From NCBI GenBank assembly GCA_900770075.1, contig CAAGIZ010000208.1, positions 1 through 45,689 on the forward strand: DNA of 45,689 bases. The letters run 5' to 3'. This stretch comes from Spirochaetia bacterium (lineage in GTDB: Bacteria > Spirochaetota > Spirochaetia > Treponematales > Treponemataceae). A model generated the notes under the pieces. It had not been told where the DNA came from, searched no databases, and worked only from the letters and a program-made list of their open reading frames with translations. The translations under genes were made by a program, and so were the position numbers. Positions 36,939-45,689 of the stretch are shown here, piece after piece (the first letter of the stretch is position 1; each line of letters begins with the position of its first letter).

Positions 36939-37208
36939 TTATCTGGCAAGATCAGGAATCATTCCGAAAAGATTCAAGGTGTATCCGCGAAGGGATGCAA
37001 ACATCCAGCCGCCAAGCAGTGCAAGCATGGCAAGGATGACAAGCATTTTTGGGAGAAAAGTAAGGGTCTGCTCCTGAATTGAAGTCGTAGCCTGAAAAAT
37101 TGCAACGATAAGGCCGATTATCAGGGCAGCTCCCAGAATCGGGGCGGTCATGACAAAAACCTGAAAAACAGCCCCCCTTACGAGGGAAACCAAATCACCG
37201 ATGCTCAT
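36939..37208 (-). CDS. fliQ: Flagellar export protein FliQ
   Basis: IFQATTSIQEQTLTFLPK. Confidence 0.95.
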   Translation of the reverse strand: MSIGDLVSLVRGAVFQVFVMTAPILGAALIIGLIVAIFQATTSIQEQTLTFLPKMLVILAMLALLGGWMFASLRGYTLNLFGMIPDLAR

Positions 37209-37222
37209 CTAATCCACCTCCC

Positions 37223-38080
37223 TTAATGCAGAACCGAAGAAAAAAGCTGCTGAGTCAAAAGTCCCCAGCCGTCTACCAGAACAAAAAGCATGAGTTTAAA
37301 AGGCATTGAAATCTGAACAGGCGGAAGCATCATCATACCCATGCTCATGAGAATGCTGGCAACCACCATATCTATGACTATAAACGGAATATACAAAATA
37401 ATTCCGATTTTAAACGCAACGGTAAGTTCGTGAAGAATATATGAAGGAACAAGCACATACATCGGAACATCATCCAGTGTTTCTGGAGTATCAAGCTTTG
37501 CCATTCCCATAAAAGTCTGAATATAGGAAGTGTCTTTATACATCTGAGAGTACATGAAATTTTTCAAGGGCTTTTCTGCTTCCCTGTAAGCCTGCTCGAT
37601 AGTCACCTGGCCGTCGTTCAAAGGTTTAAAAGAAGCTGAATAAATCTGCCGGAAAACAGGCCACATGACAAAAAGCGTCATAAAAAGCGCAATACCGTTC
37701 AGCACGGAGGTAGGAGGAACCTGCTGAAGGGAAAGGGCCCTTTTTATGAAATCCAGAACGATGGAAAACCTTAAAAAACAGGTCATTAAAATCAATATGC
37801 TTGGAGCCAGGGAAAGAAGTGTCAGAAGGAGAAGCAGCTGAAAGTTAAAGGCAATCTGGGAGCCGGTTCTTGGACGGGTTATGCTTATGTCTATGTTAGG
37901 AAAATCAAGGGGCCTGACAGAAGGGTTCATCTGCGTAGTGCCCTGTACAGAGCCGCCGGGAAAATTCTGATTTTGAGAAGACTGGGAAGCTACCGGCAGC
38001 AGGCAAAAAGAAAGCAGCAGACCCAAAAAAGCAGGCTTTAAAAATTTTTTTACCTTAAAGAATGTAAAACTTTTTTTCAT
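37223..38080 (-). CDS. fliP: Flagellar export protein FliP
   Basis: LAPSILILMTCF, QQVPP, MSMGMMMLPP, FKLMLFVLVDGW. Confidence 0.95.
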   Translation of the reverse strand: MKKSFTFFKVKKFLKPAFLGLLLSFCLLPVASQSSQNQNFPGGSVQGTTQMNPSVRPLDFPNIDISITRPRTGSQIAFNFQLLLLLTLLSLAPSILILMTCFLRFSIVLDFIKRALSLQQVPPTSVLNGIALFMTLFVMWPVFRQIYSASFKPLNDGQVTIEQAYREAEKPLKNFMYSQMYKDTSYIQTFMGMAKLDTPETLDDVPMYVLVPSYILHELTVAFKIGIILYIPFIVIDMVVASILMSMGMMMLPPVQISMPFKLMLFVLVDGWGLLTQQLFSSVLH

Positions 38081-38102
38081 ATACGAAGTCCCTTTAAAAG
38101 TT

Positions 38103-38750
38103 TCAAGAGTTTTGATTTTCAGAATTGAATTTTTCTCTCTGTTTTTTTATTTCTTCCACTGGATTTGAAAGGTTTTCTTCGTAAATATTCACCTCAGGTT
38201 CCTTGCTGGATCCCGGCATAAAGATGTCAAGAATTTCACGGAAAGAACGGGGCTTTTCAACTTTTGAATTCGTATCGGCATAAAGATTCATGGCATTTAC
38301 CAGTTCTTTATCTTCGATTTTTCCAATAAGGTTAATCTGCTCGTCGCTTACCCCGATTAAAAAGGCATTGTCCTGAAGGGTAATTACCTGCACTGATTTG
38401 CCGGGACTCAGAGTCAATTGACTCACTTTCCGCAAAAAAGGGTCGCTGTCGTTTTCTGATTTTATGCTTTTTTTCAAAAAGTGAAAGATTCCCCAGGAAA
38501 TTCCTATTACCACGGCCAAGGCAAAAATCATCTTTACGAAAATCCACACCGTAGAAAGGGCACCGGAAGATTTTTCAGTTTGAACTGCTTCAGGAAGGTT
38601 AAGCTGAATTTGAGAAGGATCCGTATCTATGCTGAAAGACTGATTTTTGGAAACGTTTTCCGGAAAAGAATCCTTATTCTGAGAAAAGACCGCCAGATTA
38701 CAACACAAAAACAAAACTGCAGCGGCAGCCAAGAGAGTTAATTTTTTCAT
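38103..38750 (-). CDS. fliO: Flagellar protein FliO/FliZ
   Basis: TM helix followed by LSPGKSVQVI...FLIGVS...INLI; located between fliY and fliP. Confidence 0.75.
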   Translation of the reverse strand: MKKLTLLAAAAVLFLCCNLAVFSQNKDSFPENVSKNQSFSIDTDPSQIQLNLPEAVQTEKSSGALSTVWIFVKMIFALAVVIGISWGIFHFLKKSIKSENDSDPFLRKVSQLTLSPGKSVQVITLQDNAFLIGVSDEQINLIGKIEDKELVNAMNLYADTNSKVEKPRSFREILDIFMPGSSKEPEVNIYEENLSNPVEEIKKQREKFNSENQNS

Positions 38751-38835
38751 TTTTTCCCACCCGTTTTTATCTGTCAGCTAAAAGGCAGGCTGCAGAAAAG
38801 AATGGATAAATCCTCTGCTGCAGACCGCCATAAAG

Positions 38836-40029
38836 CTAGTGTAAATCCGACACCCTTTCCATCGGCGAAAGGATTTCAGTTACACGAACACCAAAGTTTT
38901 CGTCGATTACTACAACTTCTCCTTTGGCAATAGGTTTATGATTTACGAGAATGTCTACAGGTTCACCGGCCAGTTTGTCCAGTTCGATGATCGTACCCTC
39001 TCCCATTCCCAAAATTTCTTTTATCTGCTTCTTTGTCCGTCCAAGTTCTACGGTCATCTCCATGAATACGTCCATGATAAGACCGATGTTTCCCTGCTCA
39101 GCAGAACCACTTCCGCCCATAAGGTTAGGGAACTGAATTGACTGAACGTTCGGCATATTCATACCCAGAATCTGGCCGCCAGGCATCTGAGGCTGCATGC
39201 CCATCCCCATATTCGGCATTGCACCCATTCCCATCTGAGGCTGCTGCATTCCCATATTCGGCATTGCTCCCATGCCCATCTGAGGCTGCATGCCCATTCC
39301 CATGTTAGGCATACCGCCCATCTGCTGCTGAGGCTGTCCCATAAAGCCTCCAAGCCCGCCGCCAGCAGCGGAAACAGGGTCAAGTTCTGCAACTCCGCCG
39401 CCGAGAGCCTTTACCATTTCCTCGGCAACGCCGCTTGCCACAGCCTCCCAGAGGACATAGTTCTGAGAATCAAGGGAATAAGTGTAGGTAAAAAGGCAGA
39501 ATTTTCCCTGAGGAATACGAACCATAGCTTTCGGCACGTGAACTGCTTCCGGTGGATTTGCAGCAAGACCGGGAAGTTTTCCTTCTTTGCTCAGTTCCGT
39601 TATTTCAGAACCTGAGTGGTTCGATACGACTTCCGAAATTACGGAAAGAGCCATATCATCAAGTTCCGCCTGTTCTTCTTTGTTGATGAGCCCGGTCAGT
39701 TTCTGGGCAAATTCTGTAGAAAGCACGAAAAGATGATCACCTTTCAGACCTGTGGAAAAATCAGCCATAACCGCAACTACCATTTCCGGCAGTTTTGCAA
39801 GCAGCTGATCCCGGTCGATAACCTCCACAGACGGAGTTTCCACAGAAAAATCACTGCCTGTCATGGAATTGAGTTTTGACTTCAGTTCGTCTTTTATGCC
39901 GTCCGCAAATTTTTCAAGAACGGAAGTATCGATATTCAGGGAAGGAGAACTCCCTCCAGCAATTCCGCCCATATCTACGCCTGACAGCAGAGCGTCAATT
40001 TCGTCCTGAGAAATAGCACCGTCACTCAT
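38836..40029 (-). CDS. fliY: Flagellar switch protein FliY (CheC-like plus FliN domain)
   Basis: [11 protein letters not shown]-terminus; C-terminal VELGRT...[14 protein letters not shown]...[13 protein letters not shown]. Start at ATG 40029, overlapping the fliM stop. Confidence 0.9.
   Translation of the reverse strand: MSDGAISQDEIDALLSGVDMGGIAGGSSPSLNIDTSVLEKFADGIKDELKSKLNSMTGSDFSVETPSVEVIDRDQLLAKLPEMVVAVMADFSTGLKGDHLFVLSTEFAQKLTGLINKEEQAELDDMALSVISEVVSNHSGSEITELSKEGKLPGLAANPPEAVHVPKAMVRIPQGKFCLFTYTYSLDSQNYVLWEAVASGVAEEMVKALGGGVAELDPVSAAGGGLGGFMGQPQQQMGGMPNMGMGMQPQMGMGAMPNMGMQQPQMGMGAMPNMGMGMQPQMPGGQILGMNMPNVQSIQFPNLMGGSGSAEQGNIGLIMDVFMEMTVELGRTKKQIKEILGMGEGTIIELDKLAGEPVDILVNHKPIAKGEVVVIDENFGVRVTEILSPMERVSDLH
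39184..39330 (-). repeat. In-frame tandem repeat in the fliY linker (about 3 x MPNMGM(GM/Q)QPQMGMG)
   Basis: CATCTGAGGCTGC occurs three times (about 39184, 39232 and 39277) with similar intervening sequence. Confidence 0.8.
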
Positions 40030-41056
40030 AAGATTCATCTCCTTCTACGGATAATTCTTCAAAATCTTCTGTTTCGCTGTCATCAATTTTTCCAATCACC
40101 TGAACAGCCATCTTTTTTCCAACAACGCCGGGCTGACAATAAAACTTTTTCTTATTGCCTACGCTGAGGGAAAGTGGATCCCCTACCCGCACGGTTGAAA
40201 GCCTTACAACATCACCGACACGCAGTGCAAGCACGTCCCGAATCGGCATATTGATAGTTCCAATTTCAGCAACAACATCCATATCCACGTCTGCAAGTTT
40301 TTCCTTCAGCGTTCCAAGATATTGTGTCGTCGAACTTCTCCGCACAGAACTGAACCAGAACTGTGACGAAAGTTTTGAAATAATCGGTTCTATGGTGAGG
40401 TACGGGATGCAGAAATTCATCATTCCCTCTTCTTCACCGACTTTTGTTTCCAAAGTTACAAGAACGACCATTTCAGAGGGAGGAACAATCTGCGCAAACT
40501 GAGGATTTGTTTCAATCTGACCAAGACGGGGCCTTAAATCTATAACCTGAGTCCAGGCTTCCCTCATATTTGCAAGAATTCTTACGATGATTCCTTCCAT
40601 TACCGACTGTTCGATATCGGTTAAATCCCGGCTTACCTTTGCCCCCTGACCCGTACCTCCAAAAAGTCGGTCAATCATGCTGAAAGTGATGGCCGGATCT
40701 ATTTCCAGAACAGCGTTTCCCTTCAGCGGATCCATATTGATTACTGCAAGAGTAGTAGGTGTAGGTATGGAACGGATGAATTCCTCATAAGTCAGCTGAT
40801 CTACAGAGGCTACGTGAACGTGAACCAGCGAACGAAGCTGTGCTGACAGTGAAGTAGTAGTAAGACGCGCAAAAGTTTCATGCATGATTGAAACGGTACG
40901 GATCTGTTCCTTAGAAAACTTATCCGGACGCTTAAAATCATAAATTTTTATCTTACGCGTATCATTTACAGGCTTAAAATCAGCATCTTCCGTATCGCCG
41001 GAACTTATAGCCTGCAGGAGCTGGTCAATTTCATCTTGTGACAGAACTTCGTTCAT
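40022..41056 (-). CDS. fliM: Flagellar switch protein FliM
   Basis: [32 protein letters not shown]. Confidence 0.96.
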   Translation of the reverse strand: MNEVLSQDEIDQLLQAISSGDTEDADFKPVNDTRKIKIYDFKRPDKFSKEQIRTVSIMHETFARLTTTSLSAQLRSLVHVHVASVDQLTYEEFIRSIPTPTTLAVINMDPLKGNAVLEIDPAITFSMIDRLFGGTGQGAKVSRDLTDIEQSVMEGIIVRILANMREAWTQVIDLRPRLGQIETNPQFAQIVPPSEMVVLVTLETKVGEEEGMMNFCIPYLTIEPIISKLSSQFWFSSVRRSSTTQYLGTLKEKLADVDMDVVAEIGTINMPIRDVLALRVGDVVRLSTVRVGDPLSLSVGNKKKFYCQPGVVGKKMAVQVIGKIDDSETEDFEELSVEGDESYE

Positions 41057-41083
41057 GCCTGTTCCACCTTACAATTCGCTTCT

Positions 41084-41644
41084 TTACTGCTGAATGACAT
41101 CCAGCTGCATAAAACGCACGTCTTTTATTTTTGAACTGCTCAAAATAGAATCGTTAATCGCATTCCGTATTTCAATTCTCAGTTCTTCTTCGTTTTGAGG
41201 TCTCAGCTCATCGGCAGACTTCTGGGTAAAATACCGCCGCAAAAAATCCTTAAGTTCAACGGTGCGCTGGGTTATTTCAGTGGAAGTAGCCTTGTCGTCC
41301 TTTTTATACCCCAAAACAACGTCTACAATAACAGAAGAAGGATTTACATCGCTGGTCTTCGTTCTGATTACTCCCAGGGAATTGTACCAGTCCAGTATTT
41401 CCTTTGTTGAACTGTACTCTTCAGTTACGGGAATTACGGCAGCCTGAGTTTTACTTCCGCCCATAACCTTCATCGTAATCACGACTACAGTAACAATCAG
41501 TATAATCGCAACAAGACCGATTGCCACCCACTTCAAGAGCATTGGAAGAAGCCCTCCCATCCCCTTTCTTTTTGAAGATGCTGATGAAAGGTCGTCTGAA
41601 CCACCAGCATCATCGTTAAGGTCTAAATCGTTATCATCAGCCAT
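41084..41644 (-). CDS. fliL: Flagellar basal-body-associated protein FliL
   Basis: Single TM helix, periplasmic domain ending IKDVRF; located between motB and fliM. Confidence 0.85.
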   Translation of the reverse strand: MADDNDLDLNDDAGGSDDLSSASSKRKGMGGLLPMLLKWVAIGLVAIILIVTVVVITMKVMGGSKTQAAVIPVTEEYSSTKEILDWYNSLGVIRTKTSDVNPSSVIVDVVLGYKKDDKATSTEITQRTVELKDFLRRYFTQKSADELRPQNEEELRIEIRNAINDSILSSSKIKDVRFMQLDVIQQ

Positions 41645-41663
41645 AAGTTACTCCATGTTATAC

Positions 41664-41700
41664 ATAAAAAATTCCTTGTTCTGCCAGGCACAACAGGGAA
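41664..41700 (-). terminator. Possible internal terminator/attenuator between motB and fliL
   Basis: Minus strand: TTCCCTGTTGTGCCTGGCAGAACAAGGAA followed by TTTTTT. Confidence 0.5.
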
Positions 41701-41803
41701 CTCCGCATTTTCAAAGTTCTCTCCGCTTTTATCTTCGGCAAAAAACAGGTTCAACTTAAGGAAAGACACAAAACTAAAAATCAGGTTTCTATTTTCTGTC
41801 TGC

Positions 41804-42541
41804 CTAAAAGTGACCCTCATCCAGAATTACTATATCAACCCTTCGGTTATAAGCCTGACCTTCCCTTGTATCATTGGAAAAAACAGGCCGGGTATCTGCA
41901 TAACCTGCAACCGAAAATTTTTCTTCATCCACGCCAAAATCGGCAAGATAATGAAGGGTATTCAGGGCCCTTGCTACAGAAAGTTCCCAGTTTGAAGGAT
42001 ACTGTCCGCCGGAAACCGGGGTGTTGTCCGTATGTCCTTCAATCCTGAACCTTCTCTTCTGAAGTTCCGGTTCCTGAAAAAACTTTGACAGTTTCAGCAG
42101 AATTTCCCTTGTTTCTTCGATGTCAAGTTCGGCACTCCCTTCTTCAAAAAATGCGTCGGAAGCCAAAGTGATTACAAGCCCCCTCTCATCGGAGGAAATC
42201 GTAATTTTTGCAGAGTGAATTTCAGGCGCAAAGAGGGAAATGGCCTTTTTTTTGGCAAGTCCCAGAGATTTTGCCTTTTCTATTGACGGAAGGCTGTTTA
42301 CCGTATTTCCCAAATCCGCAAGCCGCCCTGCCGTAAGGGACATACCGCCGGTTGGAGTGGGATTTTCCATGGACTCGTCCTGAATTGCAAGGGATGCCTG
42401 AATTTGAGAAAGGGTCGTCGTATCAACTTCGGAGGGGTCGTAGAGCATGACGAAGAAGCAGAGCATCAGGGTAATCATGTCTCCGTAGGTGCCCTGCCAA
42501 GCGGTTGAAGGCTTCTGTGGTTCTTTAGACTTTTTCGACAT
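41804..42541 (-). CDS. motB: Flagellar stator MotB
   Basis: [19 protein letters not shown] (conserved Asp); OmpA-like [21 protein letters not shown]. Confidence 0.95.
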   Translation of the reverse strand: MSKKSKEPQKPSTAWQGTYGDMITLMLCFFVMLYDPSEVDTTTLSQIQASLAIQDESMENPTPTGGMSLTAGRLADLGNTVNSLPSIEKAKSLGLAKKKAISLFAPEIHSAKITISSDERGLVITLASDAFFEEGSAELDIEETREILLKLSKFFQEPELQKRRFRIEGHTDNTPVSGGQYPSNWELSVARALNTLHYLADFGVDEEKFSVAGYADTRPVFSNDTREGQAYNRRVDIVILDEGHF

Positions 42542-42549
42542 CTTCTTTC

Positions 42550-43332
42550 CTAATCCTTCAGGACATCCGCTTCAATAACCTTGCGGGTTTTCGGATCCAG
42601 ATAAGTGAGGAGTTTCATTGCAAGGATGCGGGGGTTGTCTCCGGCCTGAATTGAAAGTACCCCCTCCAGAACCATTTCCCTAGAACGGAGCTCTGCACTG
42701 TTCTGGGCAATGAGTTTCTGAGCCATAGGTCCGAAAAGCCAGTTGGCAAGCATGGAACCGTAAAGCGTAGTAACAAGGGCTACGGCCATGTTAGGACCTA
42801 GAGAAGACTTGTCCTCCAGGTTGTTAAGCATACCGATAAGACCGATTACAGTACCAAGCATACCAAAACCAGGACCAAAACCAGCCCACTGGGTAACAAG
42901 GTTTATTCCGACCATGTGCCGGGCTTCCATCTGATTCATTTCGTTTTCGAGAATGGAACGGATAACGTTGCCGTCGGTACCGTCTACTACCATCCTCAGC
43001 CCGGATTTAAGGAAAGCATCGTCCAGATCGTCAAGACCTTCTTCCAGCGCAAGGATTCCCTCCCTGCGGGCTTTTTCTGCAAGGGCTACCATGTTCTGTA
43101 TGAGATTTTTTTCGCCATAGTCAAAGGTCTTAAAACAGCGTCCCATTACCTTGAAGGTACCGAGAACGTTTTTCATGGAATCACAGAAAAACAGGGCAAA
43201 AAATGAACCTCCAACCGTTACGAGGATGGACGGAATGTCGATGATACCGCCGATTGAACCGCCTGATGTAAGGACGCCCAAAAAGATTACACCTATACCA
43301 CCGCCAACGGCTATAAGCGACGCAATATCCAT
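42550..43332 (-). CDS. motA: Flagellar stator MotA
   Basis: [42 protein letters not shown]. Confidence 0.95.
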   Translation of the reverse strand: MDIASLIAVGGGIGVIFLGVLTSGGSIGGIIDIPSILVTVGGSFFALFFCDSMKNVLGTFKVMGRCFKTFDYGEKNLIQNMVALAEKARREGILALEEGLDDLDDAFLKSGLRMVVDGTDGNVIRSILENEMNQMEARHMVGINLVTQWAGFGPGFGMLGTVIGLIGMLNNLEDKSSLGPNMAVALVTTLYGSMLANWLFGPMAQKLIAQNSAELRSREMVLEGVLSIQAGDNPRILAMKLLTYLDPKTRKVIEADVLKD

Positions 43333-43368
43333 AAAATGTTTCCTCCCGTAAAACCGCCGGACTTTCTG

Positions 43369-43566
43369 CTAAAGTTCCTGACTTGAGATTTCAAGCCTGC
43401 GCCTGTAAGATACAATCCGCTGAATCAGTTCTTCCGGCGAATCCTTCACCACGACTTTCTTGCCGGACAAAAAAGTGATGGTAAGATCGGGAGTTTTTTC
43501 CATGCTTTCTATCATGTGAGGATTTATCCAATATATATTCCCATCCAACCGCGTAACTGAAATCAT
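43369..43566 (-). CDS. flbD: Flagellar protein FlbD (SwrD family)
   Basis: MISVTRLDG...INPHMIESME.TPD.TI...SGKK.VV. Confidence 0.88.
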   Translation of the reverse strand: MISVTRLDGNIYWINPHMIESMEKTPDLTITFLSGKKVVVKDSPEELIQRIVSYRRRLEISSQEL

Positions 43567-43749
43567 CTTCTTATTTTTACTTCTAATTTGTTTATCGTCA
43601 AGTGCAAAGAGAAATTATGCACTTTTGAATACTTGATTTTACAACTATTTTTAAAAGAATTCCAAAAAATTTAACGAATTGTTATAAAAAATCTTGCATT
43701 TTTCCCTGTTTGTGATAATTTAAAAGCAAAAAAAAAGGAAATTGAAAAA

Positions 43750-44445
43750 ATGAACTCAAAAATTCTTGTTGTTGAAGACGTTCCTGAAATGGCAGAACTT
43801 GCCTCAATGTACCTGACAAAATCAGGAATGAAGGTTGAAGCAGTAGGTTCTGCGGAAGAAGCACTTGAATACATACAGAAGCAACTTCCTGATTTGATAA
43901 TTCTGGATCTGAATCTTCCCGGAATGAGTGGTTTTGACTTTCTGAAAAAATTCCGGGATGAATACAATGCTTCACTGCCGGTAATCATAGTTTCTGCAAG
44001 GGATGCAGACGAAGACATAATAAAGGGACTTGGAAACGGTGCAGACGAGTTTGTAACGAAACCTTATTCACCGAAAGTCCTTACGGCAAGGGTTGAAGCG
44101 ATTCTCCGCCGTCAGGCTAAGGTTACGGCTGCAGCAGAAGCCTCATACGAATTTGGTCCTTATACGGTTCTCCTTAACAGCTGCGTCCTGAAAAAAGGAC
44201 CGGAAAAAATTCCTCTTTCCACAAAAGAATACGAAGTTCTGGAGTTTTTGATTTCCCACGAAAACGAAACTTTAGGACCGGAAAAAATTTACCGGGAAGT
44301 ATGGAAGGCTCAGTACGGAGACATAACGGCAGTTGCAGTATACGTACAGCGGCTTAGAAAAAAAATTGAAGAAGATCCTTCCGCCCCTAAGTACATCAAG
44401 ACTGTATTCGGAATGGGCTATAAATTCGAAAAAGGCACAGAATAA
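43750..44445 (+). CDS. OmpR/PhoB-family response regulator
   Basis: ILVVED, LDLNLPGMSG, ADEFVTKPY; winged-helix VYVQRLRKKIE...IKTVFGMGYKF. Confidence 0.93.
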   Translation: MNSKILVVEDVPEMAELASMYLTKSGMKVEAVGSAEEALEYIQKQLPDLIILDLNLPGMSGFDFLKKFRDEYNASLPVIIVSARDADEDIIKGLGNGADEFVTKPYSPKVLTARVEAILRRQAKVTAAAEASYEFGPYTVLLNSCVLKKGPEKIPLSTKEYEVLEFLISHENETLGPEKIYREVWKAQYGDITAVAVYVQRLRKKIEEDPSAPKYIKTVFGMGYKFEKGTE

Positions 44446-45495
44446 ATGAAGATAAAACGCCAGCTCCGCATATTTCTTCTTCTTGTGGTACTTATTCCGC
44501 TGGTTGCCTTCGCAACGATTCCCATAAACAGACGGCTTGCAGCCCAAGGCGTAAGTTTTGAAAAGCTTATCTGCATTTCGCTGCTGGTTGCCTCCGTCAT
44601 TGAACTTGCCTGCATAATGTTTACGATTCACATTTCAAGCACAATTTCAAAATCCATAACTTTCCTTCAGCGTTCCACCAAGCGCATTGCAGACGGGGAA
44701 CTGGCCAGACCACTGGAGAGGAGAAAGAGTCACCGCGGAGAGAACGAAATAACAGATTTAATCGTAAATTTGGACAAGATGCGGCTGACACTTCTGGAAA
44801 ATGACGAGAGGCGGAAGCGTTTCATAATGGGCATGAGCCACGATTTAAGGACACCGGTTGCAGTCATAAAGGGCTATCTTGAAGCCATAGACGATGGAGT
44901 CGTAAGCGGAGAAAAAGAAATATCAAAATCCGTAAACATAATACTGAACAAGACAAGGCAGCTGGAAGCCATGCTCAATTCCCTGATAAACTTTGTAAAA
45001 CTGGAGACAACGGAGCAGAAAAACAACCTGCACCTCCAGCCCCTTCTCCCGATTGTTCAGGAATTTGCAGAATCAAGCATCAACACAGGGAAAATCTTCA
45101 ACAGGAACGTTCAGGCAGAAATAAGCCTTTCCCCGGACACCAAGGTAATGCTGAACAGGGAACTTGTGCTCAGGGCTTTGGACAATCTCTATTCAAATGC
45201 CCAGAGATACACAAAGGATAAGGGTGTCATAACCATAAAGGCTGAGGAAACGGAAACTGAAGCAAAAATCTCCGTTGAAGATTCAGGAATCGGCATAAAC
45301 GACAAGGACATTCAGTTTATTTTTGACATCTTTTACAGGGCTTCAAACAGCCGCACGGAACCGGGGCACGGAATAGGCCTTTCCGTTGTAAAAAACATAA
45401 TGGATTCCCACGGCTGGAAGATAGACGTAAAATCCCAGGTCGGAGTGGGAAGCAACTTTACAATAACGATTCCAAAAAGGGATTTAAAAGCATGA
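44446..45495 (+). CDS. HAMP-domain sensor histidine kinase
   Basis: Two close TM helices, HAMP, MSHDLRTP, NLYSNA, EDSGIGI, FYRA, GHGIGL. Confidence 0.92.
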   Translation: MKIKRQLRIFLLLVVLIPLVAFATIPINRRLAAQGVSFEKLICISLLVASVIELACIMFTIHISSTISKSITFLQRSTKRIADGELARPLERRKSHRGENEITDLIVNLDKMRLTLLENDERRKRFIMGMSHDLRTPVAVIKGYLEAIDDGVVSGEKEISKSVNIILNKTRQLEAMLNSLINFVKLETTEQKNNLHLQPLLPIVQEFAESSINTGKIFNRNVQAEISLSPDTKVMLNRELVLRALDNLYSNAQRYTKDKGVITIKAEETETEAKISVEDSGIGINDKDIQFIFDIFYRASNSRTEPGHGIGLSVVKNIMDSHGWKIDVKSQVGVGSNFTITIPKRDLKA

Positions 45496-45688
45496 TTCCC
45501 TTTTCGGTAAGGGCATAACGTTTTTTTCCGCCATCCATGTAAACGCAGCCAAGCCCCTTTCCGCACCACTGGCTGAAAATGCCGTTTTCTGCCCCTATGC
45601 GCTTTTCAAGACTTTTCCCAAACCGTTCCCTAAAAACTTCCGGACTGACTCCTTCCAAAAGCCGGAATCCCATCATAAGCCATTCAAA
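45458..45688 (-). CDS. C-terminal part of a HemN/HemW radical-SAM family protein (partial)
   Basis: Frame is open to the window edge; LMMGFRLLEGV...FRERFG...YALTEKG...LN resembles the HemN C-terminal domain. Overlaps the kinase 3' end by 38 nt. Confidence 0.7.
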   Translation of the reverse strand, partial: FEWLMMGFRLLEGVSPEVFRERFGKSLEKRIGAENGIFSQWCGKGLGCVYMDGGKKRYALTEKGIMLLNPFLESLL

Positions 45689-45689
45689 T

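Noticed and set aside
39184..39330. CRISPR-like periodic repeat
   Set aside because: It is in-frame coding sequence, the spacers are similar to each other, and there are no cas genes.
1..45689. tRNA, rRNA, transposase, prophage or defence genes
   Set aside because: None recognisable. The remaining short ORFs in the track overlap confident genes in other frames.

Overview
A spirochete (Treponema-like) chromosomal segment, inferred from the cheA-cheW/R-cheX-cheY operon, the flbD...fliA-DUF342 flagellar operon, dapL and cimA. The left ~17 kb is an accessory surface-glycan locus: GT2, a Wzx flippase, GT4 and GT8, plus two unusual tailoring modules. Module 1 is a Dlt-like aminoacylation module (stand-alone adenylation enzyme, BtrK/VinO-like PLP decarboxylase, carrier protein, MBOAT with a fused Tyr-shuttle tail, SGNH protein). 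Module 2 is a run of a plant-galacturonokinase-like kinase, a nucleotidyltransferase, a YidC-domain/alkaline-phosphatase-superfamily fusion and a TagF-like phosphotransferase carrying an N-terminal YIDPGTGS helix. The right ~28 kb is largely housekeeping motility and chemotaxis DNA, with an OmpR/HAMP two-component pair and the 3' end of a HemN/HemW gene. Four intergenic regions hold divergent copies of one structured element: a four-way junction with compensatory base changes and copy-specific palindromic arms inside a Flavo-1-like frame. There is also a consensus sigma-28 promoter in front of an uncharacterised putative outer-membrane protein, and several apparently leaderless genes. All calls come from reading motifs by eye; no database searches were run.
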